Below are positions 23,454 to 34,434 of a stretch of DNA of 64,000 nt, piece by piece; position 1 is the stretch's first letter, and the number at the start of each line of letters is the position of its first letter. The notes below the pieces were generated by a model that was not told where the DNA came from, made no database searches, and was given only the letters and a program-made list of their open reading frames with translations. The DNA lies in assembly GCA_003971905.1 (NCBI GenBank), contig RSEE01000060.1, positions 124,001 through 188,000 on the forward strand, given 5' to 3'. Source of the stretch: Moniliella sp. 'wahieum' (Eukaryota). The translations under genes and the position numbers were made by a program.

Positions 23454-24860
23454 ATGACCCCGATGGCGTTGTACTTTACCGTGCAAGCGAGCGTGCTTTT
23501 CGTCGCAGCAGGTGCGCCTCGCTCTGCGACATGTGCCCTTGCTCCGTCCCAGCGTAGCCGTGACGCCCCGGACCGTTGTGCGCGCTCCGTCCCGACCAAG
23601 CACTTTTGCTCCTATTCCACCGCACCTTCTTCCCCGATTCCCCGATTCCTCCCTCGCCCCACTCGGCAGGCATGCCTTACCCCCTCGTCTCTTGGCTCGT
23701 TTGCCACGCAGGCCATAGCCTACCTGATCCGCGGGAAAAGGACCTTGCCATCCCCAGGACGGCAGTCAAGGCCGTCTTTGACAAGAAGGGCGGGCCGTGT
23801 CGCATGGGACCTACGACCCCCCCAGACCAACTCAACCGGCCAAGTCTTGGTCCACATCACCTACACCGGGTCTGCCACACGTGCGTTTTCCTTCTCGTCC
23901 TTCGAAAACAGATAAGTATTGAGTACCTATAAAAAACAGGGACTTGCACGCATGTTGGGCGATGGCCGCTGCCACCAAAGTGGAGGAGACGACAGGCGAG
24001 CCACTGGTGGGGGGCCACGAAGGCGCAGGGGTGGTGGTCAAGATAGCTGAGGGCGCGGACGCACATGTCGCGCTGGGTGACGGGTGGGGATCAAGTGGGT
24101 GGCAAGTGCGTGTTGAACTGCGACGAGTGCCGTGTGGGCCACGAATCGACCTGCACCGAGATCCAAAACTCGGGGTACCATGTCGATGGTACCTTCCAAC
24201 AGTACGTGTTGCCCCAGCCAACTATGTGACGCCCATCCCGGATGCATTGCGCTTGCAGGACGCTGCGCCCATCCTCTGTGCTGGCGTGACGATTTACCGT
24301 GCGCTGCTCGAAGCTCAGCTGCAGCCAGGCCAGTGGGTCGTCCTTCCCGGGGCAGGTGGTGGACTGGGGCATTGGGGGTGCAGTATGCCACTGCGTTTGG
24401 GTACCGTGTTCTTGCCATTGACACGGGCGAAGAGAAGAGGCGCTCATCAAGCAGCTCGGGGCAGAAGCATGGATCGACTTTAACCAGTCCAAGGACCTTG
24501 TGCCGACGTGAAGGCTATCACGGGCGGGGCAGGCGCCCATGCGTCCGTGGTGGCTGCCGCTTCGCCTCAGCGTATGAACAAGCTTTGGCTTACCTCCGTC
24601 CCATGGCACCCTTGTTTCGGTAGGTATGCCCCCTGACACCACATCCAGGCCGACGTGTTTGACACCACTGTCAGCGCAAAGCGGATCGTTGGTTCGATTG
24701 TGGGCAATCGACAAGACGCGATTGAGGCTCTGCGTATTGCCGCACTGGGAAAAGTGAAGGTCATTTACCACACCAGGGGTCTAACCGAACTGAATCAAGT
24801 CTATAAGGCCATGCAAGAGGGAAAGTTGGCCGGTCGCATCGTTCTCGACGTCGACAATAA
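23454..24860 (+). CDS. zinc-dependent alcohol dehydrogenase (fungal Adh1/Adh3-like)
   Basis: YTGVCHT|DLH across intron 23881-23939, GGHEGAGVVV, AAPILCAGVTIY, PGQWVVLPGAGGGLGH, IVGSIVGNRQD, GKLAGRIVLD. TATATAA at about 23345. Start codon uncertain (23454, 23463 or 23672); many frameshifts. Confidence 0.9.
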
Positions 24861-26195
24861 AGTTATATCTTGCACACAAAAAAACGCGCTGCACCTATTT
24901 CTGTTTTTCTTGTTTTGGTCTGAGAAAGACCTCTCACCTTCTCTTCTGCACACTTTATCCACAGGACCTGCTATCCCACGATTCGAGAAATGACTAACGA
25001 TTAACCAATCCAGAGTCCCAGGGCGTGTTGACTTTGTCAGGTGTTCTGAAGTAGAGGGGGGGCGGATAAGTGCGACCGTCAGAGGACCACACGTTTCGAC
25101 CTTTGTTTGACTGGGGATGACATGGTTGATGAGCCCCACGACACAAACCACAAAAAAGCGAGGTTGTATCTGCATCGTGTGCTGGTTAGTGTTACGATCC
25201 CTCCTGTGCCGTAGTATGATCACCAGTCCCGCAGTCGGTTCATTTTGGTACATTTGAAGCGCAGGAAAAGGCTGCCGCTGCTCGCAAAGTGGCTGAGTTG
25301 GACCAAACCAAAGCAGGCCTGGCCAGTCGAATTCGCATCGCCAAAAGTTGAGCAAACTCTTAACCAGCTTCTCTTGTCACCTGACAAAATATTCCTGCCG
25401 AGGACCACGACATTCGTTCGAAACATAAGTCGACCGTCAAGCTGATTCTACAGCTTCAAGAACGAGTTGGTATTGCGTGTGGGCCCAGGCCCAGGGCGTG
25501 GACATAATCCTTAGCATGTAAGGGCTGTACATATGAGCGTGCTTTTCTCTTTTCTGCTTCCAAAGACACAAACTCGTACCTTTACGTTCCGTCATGTAGC
25601 TCCAATGTTACTGCTGTTCTTCTTTCAGTCTTGAGACCTTCCACAATTGACGTTGGATGTCTCAACCCCTCATCGCTAAATATGCATTGGGGAACTATGA
25701 TCGACTGTTGGATACTTTGGCCGCGCTGGTGCTGACGACGGAGGCGACGGCTGCGCCTCAAAAAACGCGTTGCTGGCCAAAACATCTTTTTGCTTCAACC
25801 CGTTGCTCTTGCCGGCTGTGGAGGATTATGGGGGTTGCACACACACCAACCTTTTGGCGATCGAGTGCCCAGTTCATTCATCTCAGCCGTGTTCTCGCCC
25901 CCTCTGCGCTTTCATTGTGTTACCTCTCTTCTGCGTCCCCTCTGTCTCACTCTGCCACGCTCCAAAAAAAAACAAGCGTTGCCCACATCGCGTCTATATG
26001 TACATGACATCAGGTCACAAGGAAGAAGTGGATATAAGCAGGGCCACGGATTCACGGTGCCGTCCGATACACAGCATGCGCGCTGGCAAGCGAACAATAA
26101 CTATCGCACAAAAGGCAAGAAGCAAACACGCCAAGAACAAAACACAGCAAACAAGTGCATGGGAGTGATAGGGGGCTAGAAAGGATGACAAGGCC

Positions 26196-28394
26196 TTAGG
26201 CGGCCACGGCCGCAGGAGCGACCTGCTCGAACAGATGAGGCTCCGCTGCCGCAGCTCCTCCAGCCTCTGTTCCCACTTGGGGACGAGCAACAGCTCATGC
26301 TCCAGCCCGCTGCTTCTCTTCCTGCAGCGCCAAGCGACGCTCGGCATCCAGCTCCGTGAAGACATAGTGTCCCTGTCCGTCAAACTGGAGGACGACCTTG
26401 TGGTACTTCCACAACGAGGGGCGGTGCGAGACAGTCATCATGGTGATGCCCAACTGCGTCGCATACTCGTACATGGCCCGTTCCACGTCAAACGACACTG
26501 CCGATGTGCACTCCAGGATGGCGTACTTGGGTGCATGGTAGAACAGACGCGCCATGGCAATCCGCTGCTTGTCCCCGCCCGACAGACCGGCGTTCCAGTC
26601 CTGCAAACTGTCCACACCCACCCTCGCGTCAACGAGGTGGTCCACATCCACCACCTTGAGTGCCGTGCGCAGGTCGTCGTCGGTCACCCCCTTCTTGCGC
26701 ATCCTCAGCCTCCGTGTCCGGGTAGATGACTTGGTCGCGCAGCGTACCGTGACAGAGGTAGGGGCGTTGGGGAATGTAGGTAAACTCGGAGCTGGGCGGC
26801 TTGGAAACTGTGCCACCATAGACGGGCCAAAGGCCACCCAAGATACGGAAGAGGGAGGACTTACCGCACCCGTTGGGCCCGACAATGAGCAAGTGCTGAC
26901 CTGGCTGCACCTCGAATGACAGCTTGGACAACCAACACGTCACCATTGGGTGACACGATGGGCACATCGGTGAACTTGACCGACTCGCCCAACGTGATCG
27001 TGCCGCGCTGGGAGAGAATCTTGCGGTGGTCTTCCAATGCGCCGTGGTCGGAGGAGACGAGGGCCTTGACATAATGTCCCTTGCGTACATCCTCCACCAC
27101 ATCCAGCAAGTCGGATACCCGCGCCGTGTACCCAGCCAGCTCCGAAAGGTTTTTGTACGACTGCATAAACCGGCCAAACGCATCCGAGTTGCTCAGCAGC
27201 AGACGGCGGTTGGTCACAAACGATTCGGTCCGATCTCCCAGGTTGGCCTTCTACTGCCCCATACCCGGCAGGGGGATCTTGGCAAACACAGGTATGCGCA
27301 TACCACCAACCCGATCGAACCCCAGAGCCATTTGATGATACCTTCTTCCACCATGCCTGGCCTACGCGAACGCGGTAGATGCGGTTGACGTGCTTGATCA
27401 GTGCAAAGTACGCCCGCTCAATCACGTTCTTCTCGGCAAACTCGCCCCGGAGCAAAGCAATCTCTTCGGCGTTGTCGATGATGCGCGCATGGGCAAATCG
27501 GAAGTCGCCTTCCAGAGCTTGCTCTTCCGCTGCATACGCACCAAAGGGGGGCGTAAGCTTGCGCAGGAGGAACGCCGAGCGGTTGACGAGGAAGGTCATT
27601 GCCACCAAGGCCTCACCTCCGACCGTATGGGAGAGCTGGTACGAGTAGAGGCACACATCCAGCACTGGCTTGGCCACGTTTCCCCACATCTCGGCCAAGC
27701 TCGCGAGAACTTGGCAATGTCGACGGTGATGAGCTGATCAGCGTTGCGCACACGGTCGTCCAGGTTGCCAAGCTGGTAGAAAGCACGGGTCTTGTCGTCC
27801 AGATAGGCCTCTTGCACCTTGGTGGTCAGCGCCGTGCGGTAGGCCAAGGCCAAGCTCGACTGGAGATAGTCGATCATCGAGTTGGTGTACGTTGCCGGCA
27901 CAGCGACCGCAAGCCAGGCGGCAATGCCCATGAGGAACTGTTTGGGCTTGCGCCGCACCAGCGCCGCCACGATACGGCCGTCAAGCTCGGCGACATAGAG
28001 ACTGAGCATGGTGCGGAACACAAGGAAGGCCGAGTGGAGCATGAGCAGGATGGCCGCGCGCGACTTGAGGCCGGGGAGCACAATGCGCAGAATGCGGCCG
28101 AGACGCTCAAAGAAGACATCGTCCACGGCCACGCGGGGGCGCGGGAGGGCGTAGCGGGCTTGGCAGGGGGGCAGCGACGTCGGACGAGGCGGCGCGGCGG
28201 GACGCTTGCGGCGGGCCTTGGGGGGCTTGAAGGTGAAGTAGGTGCCGATGAGGATGAAGGCGATGTAGCCGCCCCCCAGCGCGGCGGATGGCGGTCTGGT
28301 GGGTGGCGTACCACATGCCAAAGCGCAGGGCGCGGGACAGGGCGCGGTCCCGGGCGCCGGCGCCCCAGGCAGCGAGCGTGCTCTGGACAGCCAT
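26196..28394 (-). CDS. peroxisomal ABCD half-transporter (Pxa1/Pxa2 family)
   Basis: MAVQSTL..., [45 protein letters not shown]-region [19 protein letters not shown], Walker [10 protein letters not shown], signature [35 protein letters not shown]. Confidence 0.93.
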
Positions 28395-28649
28395 CGGGGG
28401 AGAACGCCAGCAAAAAGCGACGAGGGGAGGTGTGGGTGGCCGCGCTAAGCGCTGACCATCCACGGCCCACACCGGCCCGGCTGCATTCACGCTGGCAGCC
28501 GGGCGTGCAACTTTCAACTCCCGCCTTCCCCCGGTCACGTGCCCCCGCGGCGCCCTTCCGCTTCCGCCCTGGCCTTCGCATTTTTCCAGCCACGCCCAGC
28601 GGGCTGCCCTCTGGTCCACTAGTAGAACCCCCCCCCCCCCCGCCGCACA

Positions 28650-30350
28650 ATGTCCCGCGCCCGCCCCGCCAAGGCCGCCGCCCCGGACGACGGCCTGAGC
28701 GACCAGGAGCGGCAGGTGTACGACACCATCGCCGCCCGCCCCGGCGGCGCCATCACCTCCGCCGAGCTCGCCCCGTCTTCAGCTCGCTCAAGGGCGAGGA
28801 GCGCGTGCAGCTGATCAACAAGCTCTCCCGCAAACATCTGCTCACCGCCGAACGGCTCCAGTCCGGCGTGCGCTGGACGGTGGTCGACAAGAACGAGGCT
28901 CTGCTCGTTGGCTCTCTCTCGGCCGACGAGCGGATGATTTTCTCCGTCATCCGCGACGCTGGCAACGAGGGCATCTGGTCCCGCCATGTCAAGGACCGCA
29001 CAGGCCTCCACACCACCATCGTGACCAAAGTGCTGAAGAACTTGGAGAACCAGCGCTATGTCAAGATTGTCAAATCGGTCAAATTTCCCACCAGAAAGAT
29101 CTACATGCTGGCGTCTCTGCAGCCGTCGGCCGAGTTGTCGGGGGGGACCGTGGTACTCCGACACGGAGCTGGACGTTGAGTTCATCACCACCCTCTCCAA
29201 GTTGTGTGAGGGCTTTATTGCCTCGTGCACCTTCCCTCCGCCCTCTTCCGATGGCCAGCTGTTCCCCGCCGGATGGATGGAGAAGAAGCTGCCCACCGCG
29301 GAGGAAATCCACCAACACATCAAACAATCCCGTGTGGTCAATACCCAGATTGGGGTGGAGCACATTACCCAAATCCTCAACACACTGGTGTACGATGGCA
29401 AGGTCGAACGTTTCCCCTCGATGTTTGGCCGGCCTACGCGTTCCGGATCGAGGAACGATGAGAGTGAGTATGAGTCCGAGTCTGAATCTGGGTCCGGGTC
29501 TGGGTCCGGGTCCGAGTCGACCTCCCACTCTGAATCTGAAACTGCCTCCGAATCACACTCAAGCTCCGAGACGGAAGGACGGAAGCGCAAGCGCACCAGT
29601 AACAAGTTGCGCGCCCGCAGCAGCAGGAGTAGGAGTCGAAGTAAATCCCGCTCGAAGCGACACAGGTCGTCCCGCTCTCGCTCCAAGCGGAAAGATGCGG
29701 ACGAGTCGGGATCCGAGGCAAGCTCTGCGTCCGAATCCGAGTCGGACAGCAACCGTCGTGCTCGCTCCCGCTCCCGGTCCTCGTCCAAGTCGAAAAAGTC
29801 TAGTTCCAAACGAAAAGCCCGCCCGATTTCGGACGACTCGGAGGAGGAAGTGGAGGCGCAACCGCCCCCCGGGGCTGACTTGTACGTCTACCGCACTCTG
29901 CGGCAGTGGAAAGGATCCGCGTCCTCCACGGTGCTACAAGAAGGAACCGGGTACGCGCTTTATACACTGGGGCTTGGCCTAGAGGAGGAAGTGGTGGATG
30001 AGCTGGAGACCGAGGTTAAGGCTTCCCTGGCCCAGCCCGACTCGACTGGTTTGGCTGTCAGCCAGATTCCTTGTGGTTCCTCTTCTGCTGGGGAGTTTTG
30101 CTCCCAGGGTGGAACCACGACCGCGGAGGAGTGTCCCCACTTTGCCTCCTGGCTGGAAGCGGGGTGGAAAGCACGGGTGTCACGGATTTCCAAGGCCAAG
30201 GCAACGGTGCGGGAACGGACAATGCCGACCAGTGTGGTGCCAGAAGAAAATGGCGATGGCGACGCCGATGCGGAGGCCGAGGGCCTCGAGGATGGGGGGG
30301 AGCAGGAGCAGGAGGACTACGAGATGCAGGAGGATGCGGGGTACGAGTGA
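28650..30350 (+). CDS. RPC34: RNA polymerase III subunit Rpc34 (C34/RPC6)
   Basis: IRDAGNEGIWSRHVKDRTGLHTTIVTKVLKNLENQRYVKIVKSVKFPTRKIYML.SLQPSAELSGG.WYSDTELDVEFI, then ILNTLVYDGKVE, and a C-terminal PCG...C...C motif. Confidence 0.92.
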
Positions 30351-30801
30351 GTCGAGCAAAAGAATGTGATACCAGACTTGGGATGTAGGCACAAACGGGA
30401 GGGGTAGCCTGCGCTGGGGCTGAACGTTGATTGATGGGTAGGGCTGCTGCTACACGGGGCGGATCGGCACGTGGTGTGGGACCCAGAATGTTCAAAAAGG
30501 GGTGGCGCACCAGACACCCCCGAGGGTTCGAACACCCGCACACTGGCGCTGCGCCTGCGCCCATCTCGCATAGGCACAGCCGATGGGCGCTCTCTGACAC
30601 ACCGCACTGGCCCAGTGTGCGCTGGGCGCCTGCAACCCTATGCCGATCAGAGGCAGTGCACAGCACTCGGTCGTCAGATCTCAGATGCTCTGTTTCGGCC
30701 CCCCCACCTCGCCGATCGCGGCCCCCAAGAGAGGCGGACCACCACCACCACCGCCCCTTCTTCGCCTTTGCCCCCGTCCCTGCGCCAGCCATCGCCCAAC
30801 G

Positions 30802-31866
30802 ATGCGCATCCCTCCCTCCCTCCTCTCGTCCCTTGGCGTCGCCTTGGCCTTCGTGCTGCAGGTGCATGCCAGTGCCGCATCCCAAGCAACCCCACCCGAC
30901 ACCACCCCTGCGTTTTGCTCCGTATCCAACAACCGTCTGTCCGCCGACCAGAACGCCTTTGTGTCGGCCTGCGACAACCTCCACTACTGTGGCACCGACA
31001 ACAAGTGTCATCCGAATGGGTGCAGGAAAGACGAGTATCCGTTTGGCTATGCGCGCAAATCCGACTGGCCTCCCCTCTGCCCTTCCAACACCTTCTGTCC
31101 CGACGAGCTCGACTCGTGCAAGCCCCTCGTTCCTCTCGGCGGTAGCTGCCAGCTGAACCGGGATGACGAGTGTCAGCCCCTCCTGAATCGCTTGCCGCGC
31201 AGGGCGTCAAGTCCATCTGTCTCGAGTTCAAGTGCCAGTACCAGAACCACACTGGAGGCGACAAGTGCACCAATGAGAACACAGTCTACACGGTCTATGA
31301 AACGCCTACCCTCACCTACGGCGACATTATTTCGCGCGACAACTGCCATCCTCGGTTCTACTGCGACGCCCCAACCTTGACCTGCATGCTCAAGAAGAAC
31401 CTGGGGCAACATTGTGCGGCCGACAAGGAATGTCGCTCCTTCCACTGCGTCGACCACTCGGGTGCGTCCGGATCGCAGCTGTACAACAACGACGCGACGG
31501 GCGTGTGCAAGGAGCCACCCAACATCCCGTCCAAAACGGGAGCTTGGGTGTATGTGCTGGTAGCACTGGGCCTTGTGGCAGGTGGGATTGTACTCTGTTT
31601 GGCCCTGCTCTACTTGCACACCAACTCGCGCCGGACCCGCAACCGGGAAATCAAGTCTTACTACCAACTCCAGACCCAACTGGGACGACATCCAAGAGAT
31701 GTATGAGGCAGCTAAGCAAACGGTGGCCCAACACACAGCGCCCAACTCACGTGTCCAGAGCCAGTACCACCTCCGCTCCCCCGCCGGCAGCGCCGCCAAC
31801 TTGCCCGCCCGTTCGTCCCAGATTGGTCTGACGGGACCCACGTCGCCTCCTGTGCGACGGTACTAA
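30802..31866 (+). CDS. Cys-rich single-pass membrane protein with signal peptide, function unknown
   Basis: Hydrophobic N-terminus MRIPPSLLSSLGVALAFVLQVHASA, Cys-rich ectodomain (GCRKDEYPFGY, CPSNTFCPDE, SCQLNRDDEC, ISRDNC), TM segment WVYVLVALGLVAGGIVLCLALLYL, then a basic cytosolic tail. Confidence 0.8.
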
Positions 31867-33025
31867 CGCAAGCCGTCCATCATCCACTTTTTCTTCTTAT
31901 TAGCTAGTCCTCCTCCCCTCCCCTCCCCTCCCCTCTCTGGATGCCTCTCCTTCCTTTTCCCCCCTGTCCTCTCGCTTCTCGCATCAGCATGTTTTGCACC
32001 CGTTTATTCCCCTCGGGTCGTCATGGTCGTTGTCCTTGTGCGAAACATGTGTCCCTGTTGGTCTCGCTCTCTCAAAGGCGCTCTCTATACGTGGAAAATG
32101 GGAAGGATGTATAGGCGGGACGCGGCCGATAGGTTCTGGCTGGCGGGCACGGCCATGGACCGTAGGATTGTCCCCATTAGGCTCGGGGCCCCACCCAGTG
32201 GTCAACCTGATAGAAAACCAACTGCCACACGTGCTGCTGACGCCATCCATCCTCGCTAACCGCATGTGGCTTTGTTGATCTTAGTATCGGATGCATAGTT
32301 GGACTTCAAGGGGAGGACGTTACCGAATAGCGAGGGACCCAGTAACCAAGAAAGGTGCACCGAGGCGTGAACCTTGCTGATAACCTCCGCCTTCAATTCG
32401 TTAACCGGTGTGTTGATACGAGGCGAAGGACCACAGTTTGCCACAACTGAAGAGGTTGAGGAGGGAAGGACGGAACACAGAGGGGTCATTAGGAGTTATA
32501 AGACGTTTCTCTTCCCCGCAGGCCACAAGTGCATGTGGGCGTCAATGACCCGTAGCATTTTGGATGGGGTCGAGCCTGACGGCCAATGATGAGGCGAAAT
32601 TGCTCAAAAGACGGGCAACGTTTTGTTTTGGACGAGGTGAGCTGGAATGAGAACCTACTAGTCAAAAGAAGTCGAACAACGCGTTTGTTGCCAACACCAG
32701 GATCCGTTACGGGGGTCGCGAGCGGGGTGACAGGCGGCGCCAACTGAGGGTGGGCTCGGCTGGCTGATGCTGCACGCAGCATGGCGAGTGAAGTCCTTGC
32801 TAGATCGCTGGGTCCCACCGATCCCACAGTGGCCTTGCCGTGCAATCGATACTCGATATCTAAGTGATAATCGTGCTCTGGCCTCCCAGGCAAGGCAGCT
32901 GGGCGAGTTGGGCGAGTCTATCTGGTTACGTCAGCGGCCGCAGCCCCCCCTGCCAGCCGCTGCCACCTCCGCCACCGCCGCCCCGCCACCGCTCCCCCGC
33001 CGCTGCCCCCCCGCCGTCGGCCGCC

Positions 33026-34105
33026 ATGTCCACCGGCAGCGCTGAGCGCGCCGCGCGCTTCTCCTCGCTGCACGCCGCCACGCTCCAACTTGTGCAAGAG
33101 CGCCAGCGTGCGCGCGGCCTCAACCTACCCGTTGCCGCCGTGGCGCCGACCGAGGCTTTGATCGAGACCAACTTGGTCCAGCTCGTCGACGCCGCCCAGG
33201 GCATGGCCGAGGAGTTGCGCGACACGGACCAGGCCGCTCGTAATGGACGCGTGGCGCTGGCCGAGGTGCGACAGGCAGAAGACGATTTGGCGGAAGCCAA
33301 GTCCAACCTCACCTCCTTGCTTACCATGCTTGGCACCGACCCTTGGGCCACCGCGTTGCGCACCACTACCAAGGCTTCGTACGTTTCCCCCTCTGCTTTC
33401 CTCTTGCCTTGCTGAAGATGCGAGTGGGCTGACCAAGGTGTAGATCTGCCCTGCTCAACCCGCCTCCTACCGAGCCCGCTGCGCTTCCCGTGGAAGGCAC
33501 ACCCTCCACCCCCACGTCAAGCGGGCCGACGCAGGCCAAAGCGCAACGACCAGACTACTACCATGACGACATTGAGGATGACGTGGAGGCCAGTGCAGCG
33601 TTGCTCCAAAGCCAACAACTGCAGATGGACACTCAAGATGCCCACCTGGACTTGCTTGGACAGAGCATTCAACGGCAACAGCACCTCAGCCTGCAGATGA
33701 ACGAGGAATTGGGCCGACAGTACGTCCCCCCCCCCCTTCCCTGCTCTCTGCTCCCTCCTCCTCGGTACGATGACGATGGGATGCTAACATTCTAACGTTT
33801 CCTCCCCCCCGCGCCCCCATTAGCTCGGAACTGTTGGACAGCTTGGACAGCGCAGTGGACAATACCGCCTCAGGGTTGAGTTCGGCCCACCGGAGGTTAG
33901 ATACGTTCCGCCGCGCTTCGCGAGAACATGGTACGTCCTCTCCTCTTCCCTTTCCCTTCTCTTCCCTTGCCTGCCTTTCCTTTCCCTTGCCATGGGCCGC
34001 TGGCTGGGGTGCGACGAGGAAACTGATTGTGTCGGACCAGGAACAAGTTTTACGATTGTTGGGCTGATTATTCTGCTCATTTTGATAATTGCACTGGTCA
34101 AGTGA
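33026..34105 (+). CDS. Qc-SNARE, syntaxin-8/Syn8-like
   Basis: Three GTACGT..YAG introns (33379-33443, 33720-33823, 33931-34040) splice in frame. SNARE motif QQLQMDTQDAHLDLLGQSIQRQQHLSLQMNEELGRHSELLDSLDSAVD, ending in a C-terminal TM anchor SFTIVGLIILLILIIALVK*. Confidence 0.88.
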
Positions 34106-34434
34106 GGGAGGGAGAGGGGGTTCCAACGGTTTGTCGATCTGTACGATGTCCCGGTACCATTCCCCCCCGCGCCCTTCTTTGGGGGGTTGAGGGGGGGGGG
34201 TATTGTGATGAATCCAAAGCGTGTTTAGAATACATTTTTGCCTTGCCAAGTCTAGGACACGGTGTGTCCACCAAGAGAGGAGAGGGTGGGTGAGAGAGAC
34301 AGGGTGGGTAGGGGGCATCGAAGCGAGGGTGAGATGTGGTGGTAAGGAGGGGAGAGGAACGGGAAGGAGGGGAGAGGACGGAAAGGAGAGGATGGGAAGG
34401 GTAGGGTAGGGAAGGGCAGATGAAAAACGCGAGT

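Noticed and set aside
27599..29179. 526-aa plus-strand ORF and other long shadow ORFs (e.g. 11322..12374, 28619..29809, 62120..63331)
   Set aside because: These are antisense or off-frame shadows of real genes in high-GC DNA. The 526-aa ORF is antisense to the ABCD gene and only its tail is real Rpc34 sequence.
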